The notes: generated from the letters alone by a model not told the origin. 64,000 bases of DNA from Prolixibacteraceae bacterium (GCA_963668595.1 OY764876.1:3923554-3987553), one strand, 5' to 3'; positions 1-9,153 are shown, counted from the stretch's first letter. A program made the numbers and translations.

Positions 1-8
1 ACTCTATT

Positions 9-446
9 ATGAAATTACATAAATCGAATTCCGTTGAAAAAGAAAATAAAAGAACAGACAGAAATATTTTAGAAGAAATTCTTGAACTAACGAGAAGACA
101 AGGTAATTTAATAGCCGAAAGGAATCAACTCAGTAATTCTTTGAACGATAAATCCATTCCTATTGACATTTCTGATTTTAGAAACGATACCACGATAATT
201 ATATCCATTCACGACAATTTGAATTTCAGGGATTTTTTAGATAAAATATATTATAAGATTCATGAATATGTCTTGCCGTTTACTTATGAATATGATTGGA
301 TTTTAGTTAATGGAGTGACAGGTAGAAAGATATTTAGTACAGTAAAATCAATGAATATTCCGAGAGAATCAATATTCACAGATAATAGAAGTCTCTATGA
401 TGTTGGGATAGAGCCAGGAATGTTACTTATTGCAAAAAAGATATAA
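9..446 (+). CDS. hypothetical protein; frame is open to the window edge, so it may be N-terminally truncated
   Basis: 145-aa ORF in an AT-rich patch. There is no stop between position 3 and the ATG at 9. No motif recognised. Confidence 0.4.
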   Translation: MKLHKSNSVEKENKRTDRNILEEILELTRRQGNLIAERNQLSNSLNDKSIPIDISDFRNDTTIIISIHDNLNFRDFLDKIYYKIHEYVLPFTYEYDWILVNGVTGRKIFSTVKSMNIPRESIFTDNRSLYDVGIEPGMLLIAKKI

Positions 447-600
447 ATGCTTATTGATAGTTGTTATTATTTGATGAACCCAAATTGTTGAAGCAATCCA
501 CCAGCTAGTGCTGATTTTTAATCAATATTTTTTTACATAAGATTGAATCGTGTGAAAATAATTTGTCGTAAATTGAGAACAATCAGAAGAGATTGTTTTT

Positions 601-621
601 ATGCTGATTGTAAATCTGCAT
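601..621. repeat. hairpin of the ATGCTGATT-N3-AATCAGCAT family (one mismatch)
   Basis: atgctgatt-gta-aatctgcat lies 49 nt upstream of the ORF starting at 670. Related copies are at 1230-1252 and 58773-58795. Confidence 0.6.
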
Positions 622-669
622 AAGCAAAGATAATTAGACACAGTTATTACTAACAAAACGAATTAACCC

Positions 670-1089
670 ATGAATTTAAAATTATTGATTTCCCTTATTG
701 CGATCGTTATTATCGCAGGATGTAGCAGTAAAAAAGAAAGCACTCCTGATTTGAACGGAGCCTGGCAATTAGTATCGTATCAGTATGGTCACTCGTCGGA
801 AAAAACAGTCGGAGAAAATCTGAAAAAAATCAAATTAATTACCGCAAATCATTTTGTGTTTGTTCATTATGGAACCGATGACAAAATGCTAACAAGTACT
901 GCAGGTGGTCGGATTAGCTATGATGGAAAAACATATATCGAAACGATCGATTTTGCTGATAATACCATGAAAAACTATTTAGACAATAAGCAAACATTTG
1001 TCGTAAAACTTGATAATGATAAAATGTTTCTGGAGGGGCAGTTGTCTGACGGTTTAAAAATTAAAGAAGTTTGGCAGAAGTTAGAATAG
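670..1089 (+). CDS. small lipoprotein, possibly lipocalin-like
   Basis: Signal peptide with lipobox (LISLIAIVIIAG-C-SS). The beta-rich mature part (NGAWQLVSYQYG...) resembles lipocalin-like Bacteroidota lipoproteins. Confidence 0.6.
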   Translation: MNLKLLISLIAIVIIAGCSSKKESTPDLNGAWQLVSYQYGHSSEKTVGENLKKIKLITANHFVFVHYGTDDKMLTSTAGGRISYDGKTYIETIDFADNTMKNYLDNKQTFVVKLDNDKMFLEGQLSDGLKIKEVWQKLE

Positions 1090-1140
1090 GTGTGATCGCA
1101 CCGAAAAAGAACAGATTGTTTCACTCTCTTTATAGCTTTC

Positions 1141-1173
1141 ATTTATCGGACGACTTCGAGTCGTCCGATAAAT
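1141..1173. repeat. REP-like perfect hairpin, TTATCGGACGA family
   Basis: ATTTATCGGACGACT-tcg-AGTCGTCCGATAAAT forms a 15-bp perfect stem. Related copies are at 9121-9153 and 55857-55887. Confidence 0.8.
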
Positions 1174-1191
1174 AAACAGACCACCCAATCG
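1168..1191 (+). repeat. 24-nt perfect direct repeat, copy 1
   Basis: ataaataaacagaccacccaatcg is identical to 1795-1818. Confidence 0.9.
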
Positions 1192-1193
1192 TC

Positions 1194-1255
1194 CCCTCGC
1201 TCCTTGAAATATCCCCGTTCTCAGCCGCTAATGCTGATTTGCAATCAGCATTTTT
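1194..1255 (+). repeat. ~62-nt repeat containing a hairpin plus T-run; inverted copy at 58770-58830
   Basis: The reverse complement aligns to 58770-58830 with about 8 mismatches in 62 nt, judged by eye. It contains AATGCTGATT-tgc-AATCAGCATT (1230-1252) followed by TTT. Confidence 0.8.
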
Positions 1256-1330
1256 AAACGCAGGATTTTTAATCCTGCACCACAACCGACTGATAAAACG
1301 AAAATGCAAAACGAATACTGAATATAATTT

Positions 1331-1792
1331 ATGACGACAACGAGTAAAAGACGAATATTAAAGACTTTATTCTGGATAATATTTGTCATTATCGGTACTA
1401 TACCATTTGTTGACTGGGTTAGAAAAAATAAAGTTTATAATGAATTTATAGATATTGAGTCTTCTATATATGAAGCAATGCCCAATGAGAATGGTGGAGA
1501 TATTGCATTATATCTCTCGTATTGTGATACGGTAATTCAATATATAAATTGCCATCCAATTGAACTCGATTTTAATATTGATTGCCCTGATTATTCGTTC
1601 GGGAAAGATACAATGAGTAATGGAAATAATTTTATTAAGCAAGTTCAAATCATTGACAGTAAATATCGAGAGTTGGGACGAAGAGCAAAGTATTTATTTT
1701 TCGCTGTAATGATTATCGGTCATATTTTATTAGCATTATCGAAACATTTTGTTGACAGAAAATTTAAGACCGTTGAAAAAGATGCAGATTAA
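1331..1792 (+). CDS. hypothetical membrane protein
   Basis: 153-aa ORF with an N-terminal TM segment (LFWIIFVIIGTIPF) and a C-terminal one (LFFAVMIIGHILLAL). The region is AT-rich. Confidence 0.5.
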   Translation: MTTTSKRRILKTLFWIIFVIIGTIPFVDWVRKNKVYNEFIDIESSIYEAMPNENGGDIALYLSYCDTVIQYINCHPIELDFNIDCPDYSFGKDTMSNGNNFIKQVQIIDSKYRELGRRAKYLFFAVMIIGHILLALSKHFVDRKFKTVEKDAD

Positions 1793-1794
1793 TA

Positions 1795-1818
1795 ATAAAT
1801 AAACAGACCACCCAATCG
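1795..1818 (+). repeat. 24-nt perfect direct repeat, copy 2
   Basis: Identical to 1168-1191. Together the two copies bracket the ORF at 1331-1792. Confidence 0.9.
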
Positions 1819-1865
1819 CCTCCGAATTGTCAATAGTAAATAATTGAATGGTAAATGGTTTTCAT

Positions 1866-3887
1866 TTACTTCCCGCCTTTTTCTTTCAGAATTTCCTGAA
1901 GTCGGAACATCTCGTCGCGAAGCTGTGCTGCGGCAATAAAATCGAGTTCTTTGGCCGCGGCCTGCATTTCTTTTTTCACTTTTTCGATGGCTTTTTCGAG
2001 TGCCGGAATACTCATGTACTGCACCACCGGATCGGCTGCCACATCGGGATGCGAAGCCCCGCCTGAATAGCTTTCCGTTTTGTCGCTGCGGAATTCGTAG
2101 CCAATAATTTCGCGGGTAGGTTTCACTATCGCTGTCGGCACGATATTGTTTTCCTCGTTGTATTTTAACTGCCTTTCGCGCCGGTAATTGGTCGAATCAA
2201 TGGTCTTTTGCATCGAGTCGGTGATTTTGTCGGCGTACATAATTACGCGGCCATTCAGATTTCGGGCAGCGCGCCCTGCTGTCTGCGTGAGCGAACGTTC
2301 CGAGCGCAGGAAACCTTCTTTGTCGGCATCCAGAATAGCCACCAGCGACACTTCAGGTAAGTCGAGCCCCTCGCGAAGCAGGTTGATTCCTACCAGCACA
2401 TCGAAGATGCCTTTACGCAGGTCTTCCATAATTTGTACGCGTTCCAGCGTGTCCACATCCGAATGGATATAGCGGGTTTTTACTCCGAAATTCAGAAAAT
2501 ATTTGGTGAGTTCTTCGGCCATGCGTTTGGTGAGCGTGGTCACCAGCACCCGCTCGTTTTTTTCGGTTCGCAGCGAAATCTCGTGCATCAGGTCATCAAT
2601 CTGGTTCTCGCTGGGGCGCACGTCGATAATCGGGTCGAGCAAGCCTGTTGGGCGGATGATTTGTTCCACCACCACACCTTCCGATTTTTCCAATTCGTAA
2701 TCGGCCGGCGTGGCACTTACAAAAACCGTTTGCCCTGCCAGCGATTCAAATTCTTCGAAACGCAGCGGACGGTTATCGATGGCTGCCGGAAGCCGGAACG
2801 CATATTCAACCAGATTAATTTTGCGCGAATGGTCGCCGCCGTACATGGCCCGAATTTGAGGAATAGTAACATGACTTTCGTCGATGATGGTCAGAAAATC
2901 TTTTGGGAAATAGTCGAGCAAACAGAAAGGGCGAGTGCCTGCGTCGCGTCCGTCGAAATAGCGCGAGTAGTTTTCAATACCCGGGCAATAGCCCAGCTCG
3001 CGCATCATTTCCATATCGTATTCCACCCGTTCCTGAATTCGTTTGGCCTCCTGAAATTTGCCTGCCGAGCGGAAAAACTCAATCTGTTTTACCAAATCGT
3101 CCTGAATTTGCCGAATGGCTTGTTGCATACGTTCCTTGGTGGTCACAAAAATATTGGCCGGATAAATTACCACATGTTCATGTTCTTCAATTACTGCGCC
3201 ACTGGCCGGATCGAATGAGTGAATTTCCTCAATTTCGTCGCCCCAGAAAATGATTTTGTAGGCAATGTCGGCATAAGCCGGAAACACATCAACCGTGTCG
3301 CCTTTTACCCTGAAATTGCCTCGCTGAAACTCAATCTCGCTGCGCGAATAAAGTGCATCAACCAGCTTGCGCAGAAACACATTGCGGCTAACGGTTTCGC
3401 CTTTCAGTACTTTGGTCACGTTGGCATGAAAATCTTCCGGATTGCCAATTCCATACAGGCAGGATACCGATGAAACCACAATCACATCGCGTCGTCCCGA
3501 CAAGAGGGCAGAGGTGGTGCTGAGTCGCAGTTTTTCAATATCCTGATTGATCGATAAATCTTTCTCTATATAGGTGTCCGAAGACGGAATATACGCTTCG
3601 GGCTGATAATAATCGTAATACGAAACGAAATATTCTACTGCATTGTTGGGGAAGAATTGTTTCATTTCGCTGTAAAGCTGGGCGGCCAGTGTTTTATTGT
3701 GACTCAGAATCAGCGCTGGACGTTGTGTCGTTTCGATTACATTGGCCATGGTAAATGTTTTCCCTGAACCAGTTACACCAAGTAGCGTTTGGAACGGCAC
3801 ATCCTGATAAATGCCTTCCGACAGTTGCCGAATGGCTTCAGGTTGATCGCCGGTGGGCTTGTAATTCGAAACAATTTTAAAATCCAT
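1866..3887 (-). CDS. uvrB: excinuclease ABC subunit B
   Basis: 673 aa. Walker A GVTGSGKTFT, a DESH box, helicase C motifs, and a C-terminal UVR domain (AAQLRDEMFRLQE). Confidence 0.97.
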   Translation of the reverse strand: MDFKIVSNYKPTGDQPEAIRQLSEGIYQDVPFQTLLGVTGSGKTFTMANVIETTQRPALILSHNKTLAAQLYSEMKQFFPNNAVEYFVSYYDYYQPEAYIPSSDTYIEKDLSINQDIEKLRLSTTSALLSGRRDVIVVSSVSCLYGIGNPEDFHANVTKVLKGETVSRNVFLRKLVDALYSRSEIEFQRGNFRVKGDTVDVFPAYADIAYKIIFWGDEIEEIHSFDPASGAVIEEHEHVVIYPANIFVTTKERMQQAIRQIQDDLVKQIEFFRSAGKFQEAKRIQERVEYDMEMMRELGYCPGIENYSRYFDGRDAGTRPFCLLDYFPKDFLTIIDESHVTIPQIRAMYGGDHSRKINLVEYAFRLPAAIDNRPLRFEEFESLAGQTVFVSATPADYELEKSEGVVVEQIIRPTGLLDPIIDVRPSENQIDDLMHEISLRTEKNERVLVTTLTKRMAEELTKYFLNFGVKTRYIHSDVDTLERVQIMEDLRKGIFDVLVGINLLREGLDLPEVSLVAILDADKEGFLRSERSLTQTAGRAARNLNGRVIMYADKITDSMQKTIDSTNYRRERQLKYNEENNIVPTAIVKPTREIIGYEFRSDKTESYSGGASHPDVAADPVVQYMSIPALEKAIEKVKKEMQAAAKELDFIAAAQLRDEMFRLQEILKEKGGK

Positions 3888-3911
3888 GGTTATCTGTTTT
3901 CCGCCTTGTTG

Positions 3912-4916
3912 CTATCGTGTTTTTAAAACAAAATATACCGGAAAATGATCACTCACTCCGCCGTAATAATTGGAGCCTCCGTATGTTCTGTTTGGCGAAG
4001 TTTCTCCTTTTTTGCTGGTGAACTCCATCCATTTTTTTCTGAAGATATAACCGCGTGCTCCGTCCACTTCGCAGCCTTTGCCGTTAATGAGTGAGCGCGA
4101 AACCACTAAATTATCGAGCATGTTCCAGTTTCCCCGATAAAAATAAGTGCCTAGATTTTGCTCGTCGAGCGGAAGCATCAGGTTTACCAGTGGAGCATTG
4201 CTGCCCGGAGCTTTGGCTCCCAGTGTTTCAATCAAACTTTTATTCAGCGGTTCGTCATTCATGTCGCCCATGATGACAATATTGGCTTTGGGATTTTGGG
4301 CAAGCACTTCGTCAACTTTGCTTTTCAGAATCGAGGCAACCTGCATGCGCTTGGCTTCTGTTTCCTCTTCGCCGCCAATGCGCGAAGGCCAGTGATTCAC
4401 AAAAACATGAAAAGTTTCTTTGCCAATTTTTCCTGAAACATGTAAAATATCGCGGGTTTTCCATTTGGGTTCGTCGGCAAAACCAACCGGAATGGCTTCC
4501 GAACTGCTGATTTTGAAAACTGACGGACGGTACAGCAACGCCACATCAATGCCGCGTGGATCGGGGCTTTCGAACTGGGTAATGGCGTATTTCCCTGCCT
4601 GCAAATATTTGTTTGCAACCAGATCGTTGAGAACCTGACGATTTTCAATTTCGCACAATCCGATTAATGCGGGGAGCGCAACAGTATCGATTTCGGATAA
4701 CACCCGGGCAAGATCAGATTGTTTTTTCTGATAACGGGCAAGGTCCCATTTTTTTTCGCTGTCGGGCAAAAACTCGTTGTCGTTGATGTGCGGATCATCC
4801 TGGGTGTCGAACAGATTTTCCGTGTTATAAAATGCTACAGTCAGCGATTGCTGGCTCTTTGTACAGGCACCAAGTGATGCCAGTACGATTACTGCTATCC
4901 AGAAAAAATGCTTCAT
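3912..4916 (-). CDS. endonuclease/exonuclease/phosphatase (EEP) family lipoprotein
   Basis: Signal peptide plus Cys (LASLGACT). N-terminal FYNTENLFD and C-terminal SDHFPV are typical EEP motifs. Confidence 0.8.
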   Translation of the reverse strand: MKHFFWIAVIVLASLGACTKSQQSLTVAFYNTENLFDTQDDPHINDNEFLPDSEKKWDLARYQKKQSDLARVLSEIDTVALPALIGLCEIENRQVLNDLVANKYLQAGKYAITQFESPDPRGIDVALLYRPSVFKISSSEAIPVGFADEPKWKTRDILHVSGKIGKETFHVFVNHWPSRIGGEEETEAKRMQVASILKSKVDEVLAQNPKANIVIMGDMNDEPLNKSLIETLGAKAPGSNAPLVNLMLPLDEQNLGTYFYRGNWNMLDNLVVSRSLINGKGCEVDGARGYIFRKKWMEFTSKKGETSPNRTYGGSNYYGGVSDHFPVYFVLKTR

Positions 4917-4928
4917 TTTATTTTCAGA

Positions 4929-5543
4929 TTAAAATAGTTGTTTCCCGATACTAACTTCATAATAATCGCGTACATCGGTAATCATCATGCCAACCGATTG
5001 TGCTGCCTGAATACCCAAAATACCATCTTCGAAAACCTCGCAGAATTCGGGTGCAACCTGCATCTGTTCGGCGCATTTCAAAAAGGTCTCGGGATGAGGT
5101 TTGAAATTAGTGACATCTTCGGAACAAACCAAAATCTGGAAATAATCTTTTAGTCCGATAATCTCAAGTGTTTTCAGCGCCAGGCGGCGGGCACTTCCGG
5201 TTCCGATTGACATGGGGAGCTTCCCGTGATATTTTTTTACCAGATTTACAACTGGTTCAATTGGTTGGGTCAGGTGCATATTGGCCTCGAATTCGGTTTC
5301 TTTTGCATCGCCCATTTCTTTTGGGTCGATATTTTTGTTGAACATCTCGTTCAGTTTCTCTACTGTTGGGTAAAGCGGAATACCTGCCAGTTGCGCAAAT
5401 AATTCAACGGTAAAGTCAATGTCGTAGCGGGCCGCCGCATTGCGCCATGCAATAAAATGGATGGGCATGGTATCAGCCAGTGTTCCGTCGAGATCAAAAA
5501 TGAGTGCTTTTGCCTGAGATTGAATATCTAATTCGTTCATCAT
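4929..5543 (-). CDS. HAD-superfamily hydrolase, beta-phosphoglucomutase-like subfamily
   Basis: Motif I is DLDGTLADT. A later GTGS and an ED.ILGIQAA-type motif follow. Length 204 aa. Confidence 0.85.
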   Translation of the reverse strand: MMNELDIQSQAKALIFDLDGTLADTMPIHFIAWRNAAARYDIDFTVELFAQLAGIPLYPTVEKLNEMFNKNIDPKEMGDAKETEFEANMHLTQPIEPVVNLVKKYHGKLPMSIGTGSARRLALKTLEIIGLKDYFQILVCSEDVTNFKPHPETFLKCAEQMQVAPEFCEVFEDGILGIQAAQSVGMMITDVRDYYEVSIGKQLF

Positions 5544-5662
5544 TTTTACATTGCAATTTTAATGAACGACAAAAGTAACCATGTAAATGGGAGTACCAAT
5601 AAAAGCACTTTTTTCTTTAAGGAAAAATTAACACTTTTGCTGTTCATTTTTTATGAAGTATC

Positions 5663-6046
5663 ATGAGCCAAAACCTTTTAGTTACGTTTACCAGTTCGGC
5701 CCAATTTGGGATATTCGGTGCGATTGTGCTGATCATTTTTGGCTGGGTGGATAAGAAAGACCGCTTTACCGACATTGGCCGGTTTTTGTTTATGGCACTG
5801 GGCATTTATGCATTGTGGGTCATTTTGACGGGACAAATTCATGTGCCCGAAGTTGCGGTTGGTGAAATCTCAAAAGAAATGCGGATTATTTCCTTTTTCA
5901 AAGGCTTGGTGCTGTGCGGCGGAATTTCTTTGCTCTCGTACGTGCTGAAATTAATGCATGTGCGTTATTACCGGCTGGTTACAATTTTGTGTATGGCTCT
6001 GGCTTTGTTCCTGTTTTTTACGGTGAATAATATTCAGCAAGCCTGA
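5663..6046 (+). CDS. hypothetical integral membrane protein
   Basis: 127 aa with four hydrophobic segments. Confidence 0.5.
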   Translation: MSQNLLVTFTSSAQFGIFGAIVLIIFGWVDKKDRFTDIGRFLFMALGIYALWVILTGQIHVPEVAVGEISKEMRIISFFKGLVLCGGISLLSYVLKLMHVRYYRLVTILCMALALFLFFTVNNIQQA

Positions 6047-6054
6047 TTTTTAAA

Positions 6055-6127
6055 TCCTTTTCCGTCTTCCCTTTTTCTGTCTCCCTTTCTCCGTTCTTCC
6101 TTTTCCTTTCTCCGTTCTCCCTTTTCC
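6055..6127 (+). repeat. polypyrimidine (CT-only) tract with a degenerate ~21-nt unit
   Basis: By eye, 73 nt contain no A and only four G on the plus strand. The unit tttctccgttcttccttttcc / tttctccgttctcccttttcc is repeated. The tract lies between convergent genes. Confidence 0.85.
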
Positions 6128-6138
6128 GGAGCCCGTTT

Positions 6139-6603
6139 TTACCTTTTTGCCAGACCGTTTTCGAAAAGAATGCGTTCCAACTCGGTATTAATTTGCTCTA
6201 CCTCTTTTTTACTAAGACCAGTGAGACTCACGGTTGGATAGTCGGCAACTCCGCGTTGCGTTTTTACAGTTAAAGTAAGTTCGCGCAACGGAAATCCTTT
6301 CAGTAATTTATATCGAAAAAGCAATTCGTGAGGAAAATCGATAGAACTGTATTCGCGACCAAACAACGTAATCAGCGAGTAGTAACGCAGCGTTACTTTT
6401 CCCCGTTCCGATTTGAACGACACATAACTAAAGTTGAGGAAAAAACACAAAATCAACAGAACAAGCAAGCCTAGTCCGAGGTAGATGGCATAAATATCTT
6501 GCTTCTTCCAGATAAAGAAAAGGGCTGCAAGAATAAATGCCAGCACTATCAGATTGAAGCTCCGCTTGATGGTTTTTGCCCGTTTTTGATTACTTATCTC
6601 CAT
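6139..6603 (-). CDS. hypothetical membrane protein (two TM segments plus a small cytoplasmic beta-rich domain)
   Basis: 154 aa. Two adjacent TM helices are followed by a soluble ~90-aa domain. Confidence 0.5.
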   Translation of the reverse strand: MEISNQKRAKTIKRSFNLIVLAFILAALFFIWKKQDIYAIYLGLGLLVLLILCFFLNFSYVSFKSERGKVTLRYYSLITLFGREYSSIDFPHELLFRYKLLKGFPLRELTLTVKTQRGVADYPTVSLTGLSKKEVEQINTELERILFENGLAKR

Positions 6604-6703
6604 AAAATTTTAACGAATCGTAAAAAAAAGTACTGCATTTCTTTCTGCGCCGGGTCTCTGTCGAAAATAGTTTAACTTTGATGTTTTCATAAACAGACGG
6701 CCC

Positions 6704-7768
6704 ATGACCGAATCAAAAATACATGCAAATATTGTCTTTTCACAACAATCGGTAAAAGAACTGGCATTGTTGGTTGAAAAGTATCCCGAAGGAAAGGTTT
6801 TTTTACTGACCGAAACACAGGCGGCTGGCTTTTGCCTGCCAGCAGTGGCTGAATTGCTCGAACAGAAAAACATCCGCAAGATGGAAATTGAACCGGGGGA
6901 AGAAAATAAATCGATTCGCTCGGTCGAAAAAGTATGGCAGTTTTTGTCTGAAAATGGTGCCGACCGAAAATCGTTGCTCATCAATTTAGGAGGCGGAATG
7001 CTTACCGATTTGGGCGGTTTCGCTGCATCGACATTCAAACGGGGTCTCGATTTTGTGAATATTCCCACTACTTTGTTGGCGCAGGTGGATGCTTCGTTGG
7101 GCGGCAAAACAGGTTTCAATTTCAATGGTTTGAAAAATGAGATTGGCGTGTTTCAGGAACCCGTAGCAGTGCTGATTGATACAACATTTCTGAAAACCAT
7201 TGACCGGAGCAATTTTTTGTCGGGTTACGCCGAGATGATCAAACACGGCCTGATAAAAAGCCGCGAACATTGGGACGAGTTGCAGCACTTCGATTTTGAA
7301 TCGGTTAATTATGCAGCACTTCAGCAAATGATTGCCCACTCGGTAGCCGTAAAAGAGTGGTTTGTGATGAACGATCCGACGGAGAAAAATATTCGCAAAG
7401 CGCTTAATCTGGGACACACTGCCGGACACGCCTTCGAAAGTTATGCCATGAAAACGGGTCGCCCGATGTTGCACGGCTATGCGGTGGTGTATGGAATCAT
7501 CGTCGAATTATTTCTTTCAGTGAATAAATGTGGGTTCGACGCGGCTTTGTTACAGCAGATAAGCCGATGGCTCATTGATTTATACGGCAAATTTGACATT
7601 GCGGAAAGCGATTTTGATGCTTTGTTCGAACTAATGACTCATGATAAGAAAAATGAGGCTGGACGTATTAATTTTACACTGATTCCCGAAATTGGTCAGT
7701 TTGCAATTGACCAGCATTGCAACAAGGATGAAGTTTTTGAGGCACTGAATTTCTATCGCAATTTGTGA
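6704..7768 (+). CDS. aroB: 3-dehydroquinate synthase
   Basis: 354 aa. Glycine-rich NAD site LGGGMLTDLGGFAASTFKRG, metal-binding His region (LNLGHTAGHAFE), and adjacency to aroA. Confidence 0.9.
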   Translation: MTESKIHANIVFSQQSVKELALLVEKYPEGKVFLLTETQAAGFCLPAVAELLEQKNIRKMEIEPGEENKSIRSVEKVWQFLSENGADRKSLLINLGGGMLTDLGGFAASTFKRGLDFVNIPTTLLAQVDASLGGKTGFNFNGLKNEIGVFQEPVAVLIDTTFLKTIDRSNFLSGYAEMIKHGLIKSREHWDELQHFDFESVNYAALQQMIAHSVAVKEWFVMNDPTEKNIRKALNLGHTAGHAFESYAMKTGRPMLHGYAVVYGIIVELFLSVNKCGFDAALLQQISRWLIDLYGKFDIAESDFDALFELMTHDKKNEAGRINFTLIPEIGQFAIDQHCNKDEVFEALNFYRNL

Positions 7769-7826
7769 AGTCGTTATCAATCCTAATCCTGATTTGGAAT
7801 TTGGATTTTAAAATTTGGAATTTCTA

Positions 7827-9056
7827 ATGAAGTATATTGTTTCGAAACCTGAAACTTCGCTAAAAGGAAGCATCAAACTTCCGGCATCGAAAAGTGTTGC
7901 CAACCGGGCACTGATTATTCATGCTCTGAGTTACAGCCCGTATCCGCTTGACAACATTTCCGACAGCGACGACACCCGCGTGATGCAACAGGTATTCAAC
8001 TCGAATACCAATGTTTTCGATATTGGTCACGCAGGAACCGCGATGCGTTTTCTTACTGCATTTTTGGCGAAAATTGTGGGCGAATGGACGCTTACCGGAT
8101 CGGAACGCATGAAACAACGACCCATCGGTATTTTGGTGGATGCGCTGGTGCAACTTGGTGCCCGCATCGAGTACCTCGAAAACGAAGGTTTTCCTCCTTT
8201 GAAAATATTTGGTTCGCACCTTAAAGGCGGTATTATCGAACTCGATGGAAGTGTGTCGAGCCAGTATATTTCGGCTTTGCTGATGATTGCCCCTGCGGTG
8301 GAAGGTGGATTGACGCTTCGTTTGAAAAACAAAATTATGTCGCGCTCTTACATCGAGCTAACTTTAAAGTTGATGGAACAATTTGGGGTGAATCATGTCT
8401 GGAAAGGCAACGAAATTCGCATTGCCGAGCAAGCTTATCGTCCGATTGCTTACACGGTGGAAGCCGACTGGTCGGGTGCTTCGTATTGGTACCAAATGGC
8501 CGCTCTGGCTGATGAGGTGGATGTATTGCTCGAAGATTTGAAACTGGACAGCCTGCAGGGCGATTGCGCCATTGCCAAATGGTTCGAAGCCTTTGGCGTG
8601 CTTTCCGAAGAAACTGAAAAAGGAGTTCGCCTGAGTAAAACAGAAAGTCGTTTACCTTCGGTGCTGCAACTCAATTTTATTGAAAACCCCGATGTAGCGC
8701 AGTCTTTTGCCGTATTGTGTGTGAAGAAAAATATTCCTTTCCATTTCACCGGACTTGAAACCCTGAAAATAAAAGAAACCAACCGCATTGAAGCTTTGCA
8801 GATTGAGCTGGCAAAGTTTGGCGCAACACTTACCGAACCCACGCATGGCGAGCTAAAATGGGATGGCAAACTTGTCGAGGTGACTGAAATTCCTTCGGTA
8901 GCAACTTACAAAGATCATCGCATGGCCTTGGCATTTGCCCCAGCCTGCCTGGGCAGTACGTCCGTTGCCATTGAAGAGCCGATGGTGGTCACCAAATCGT
9001 ACCCTGCCTATTGGGAAGATTTGAAAAAAGTGGGCTTCTCGGTGGAGGAATTGTAA
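7827..9056 (+). CDS. aroA: 3-phosphoshikimate 1-carboxyvinyltransferase (EPSP synthase)
   Basis: LPASKSVANRALI and GHAGTAMRFL motifs. ATG at 7827 is preferred over the TTG at 7815 given in the ORF track. Confidence 0.93.
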   Translation: MKYIVSKPETSLKGSIKLPASKSVANRALIIHALSYSPYPLDNISDSDDTRVMQQVFNSNTNVFDIGHAGTAMRFLTAFLAKIVGEWTLTGSERMKQRPIGILVDALVQLGARIEYLENEGFPPLKIFGSHLKGGIIELDGSVSSQYISALLMIAPAVEGGLTLRLKNKIMSRSYIELTLKLMEQFGVNHVWKGNEIRIAEQAYRPIAYTVEADWSGASYWYQMAALADEVDVLLEDLKLDSLQGDCAIAKWFEAFGVLSEETEKGVRLSKTESRLPSVLQLNFIENPDVAQSFAVLCVKKNIPFHFTGLETLKIKETNRIEALQIELAKFGATLTEPTHGELKWDGKLVEVTEIPSVATYKDHRMALAFAPACLGSTSVAIEEPMVVTKSYPAYWEDLKKVGFSVEEL

Positions 9057-9120
9057 GCACAATAGGGCGCAATAGAAAAATAATTATTTACTGAACGCGC
9101 AGCCGCGTGTTCGTATTGTT

Positions 9121-9153
9121 ATTGATCGGATGAACCCAAGTCATCCGATCAAT
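9121..9153. repeat. REP-like hairpin, TTATCGGACGA family variant
   Basis: ATTGATCGGATGA-acccaag-TCATCCGATCAAT. It shares the loop ACCCAAG with the copy at 55857-55887. Confidence 0.75.

Noticed and set aside
9-446. Ubiquitin-like/beta-grasp C-terminal domain in the first ORF, as a conflict-system adaptor
   Set aside because: This was only an impression from the pattern of hydrophobic residues. I cannot support it without a profile or structure search, and the ORF may be truncated by the window edge.
2433-3218. Long plus-strand ORFs (261 aa and others) inside the uvrB region
   Set aside because: They lie antisense to, or out of frame with, a full-length and motif-complete uvrB. Their translations are low-complexity or Arg/Phe-rich shadow ORFs.
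6610-7474. Minus-strand ORFs (171 aa and 162 aa) overlapping aroB
   Set aside because: They lie antisense to a motif-complete aroB and are unlikely to be coding.
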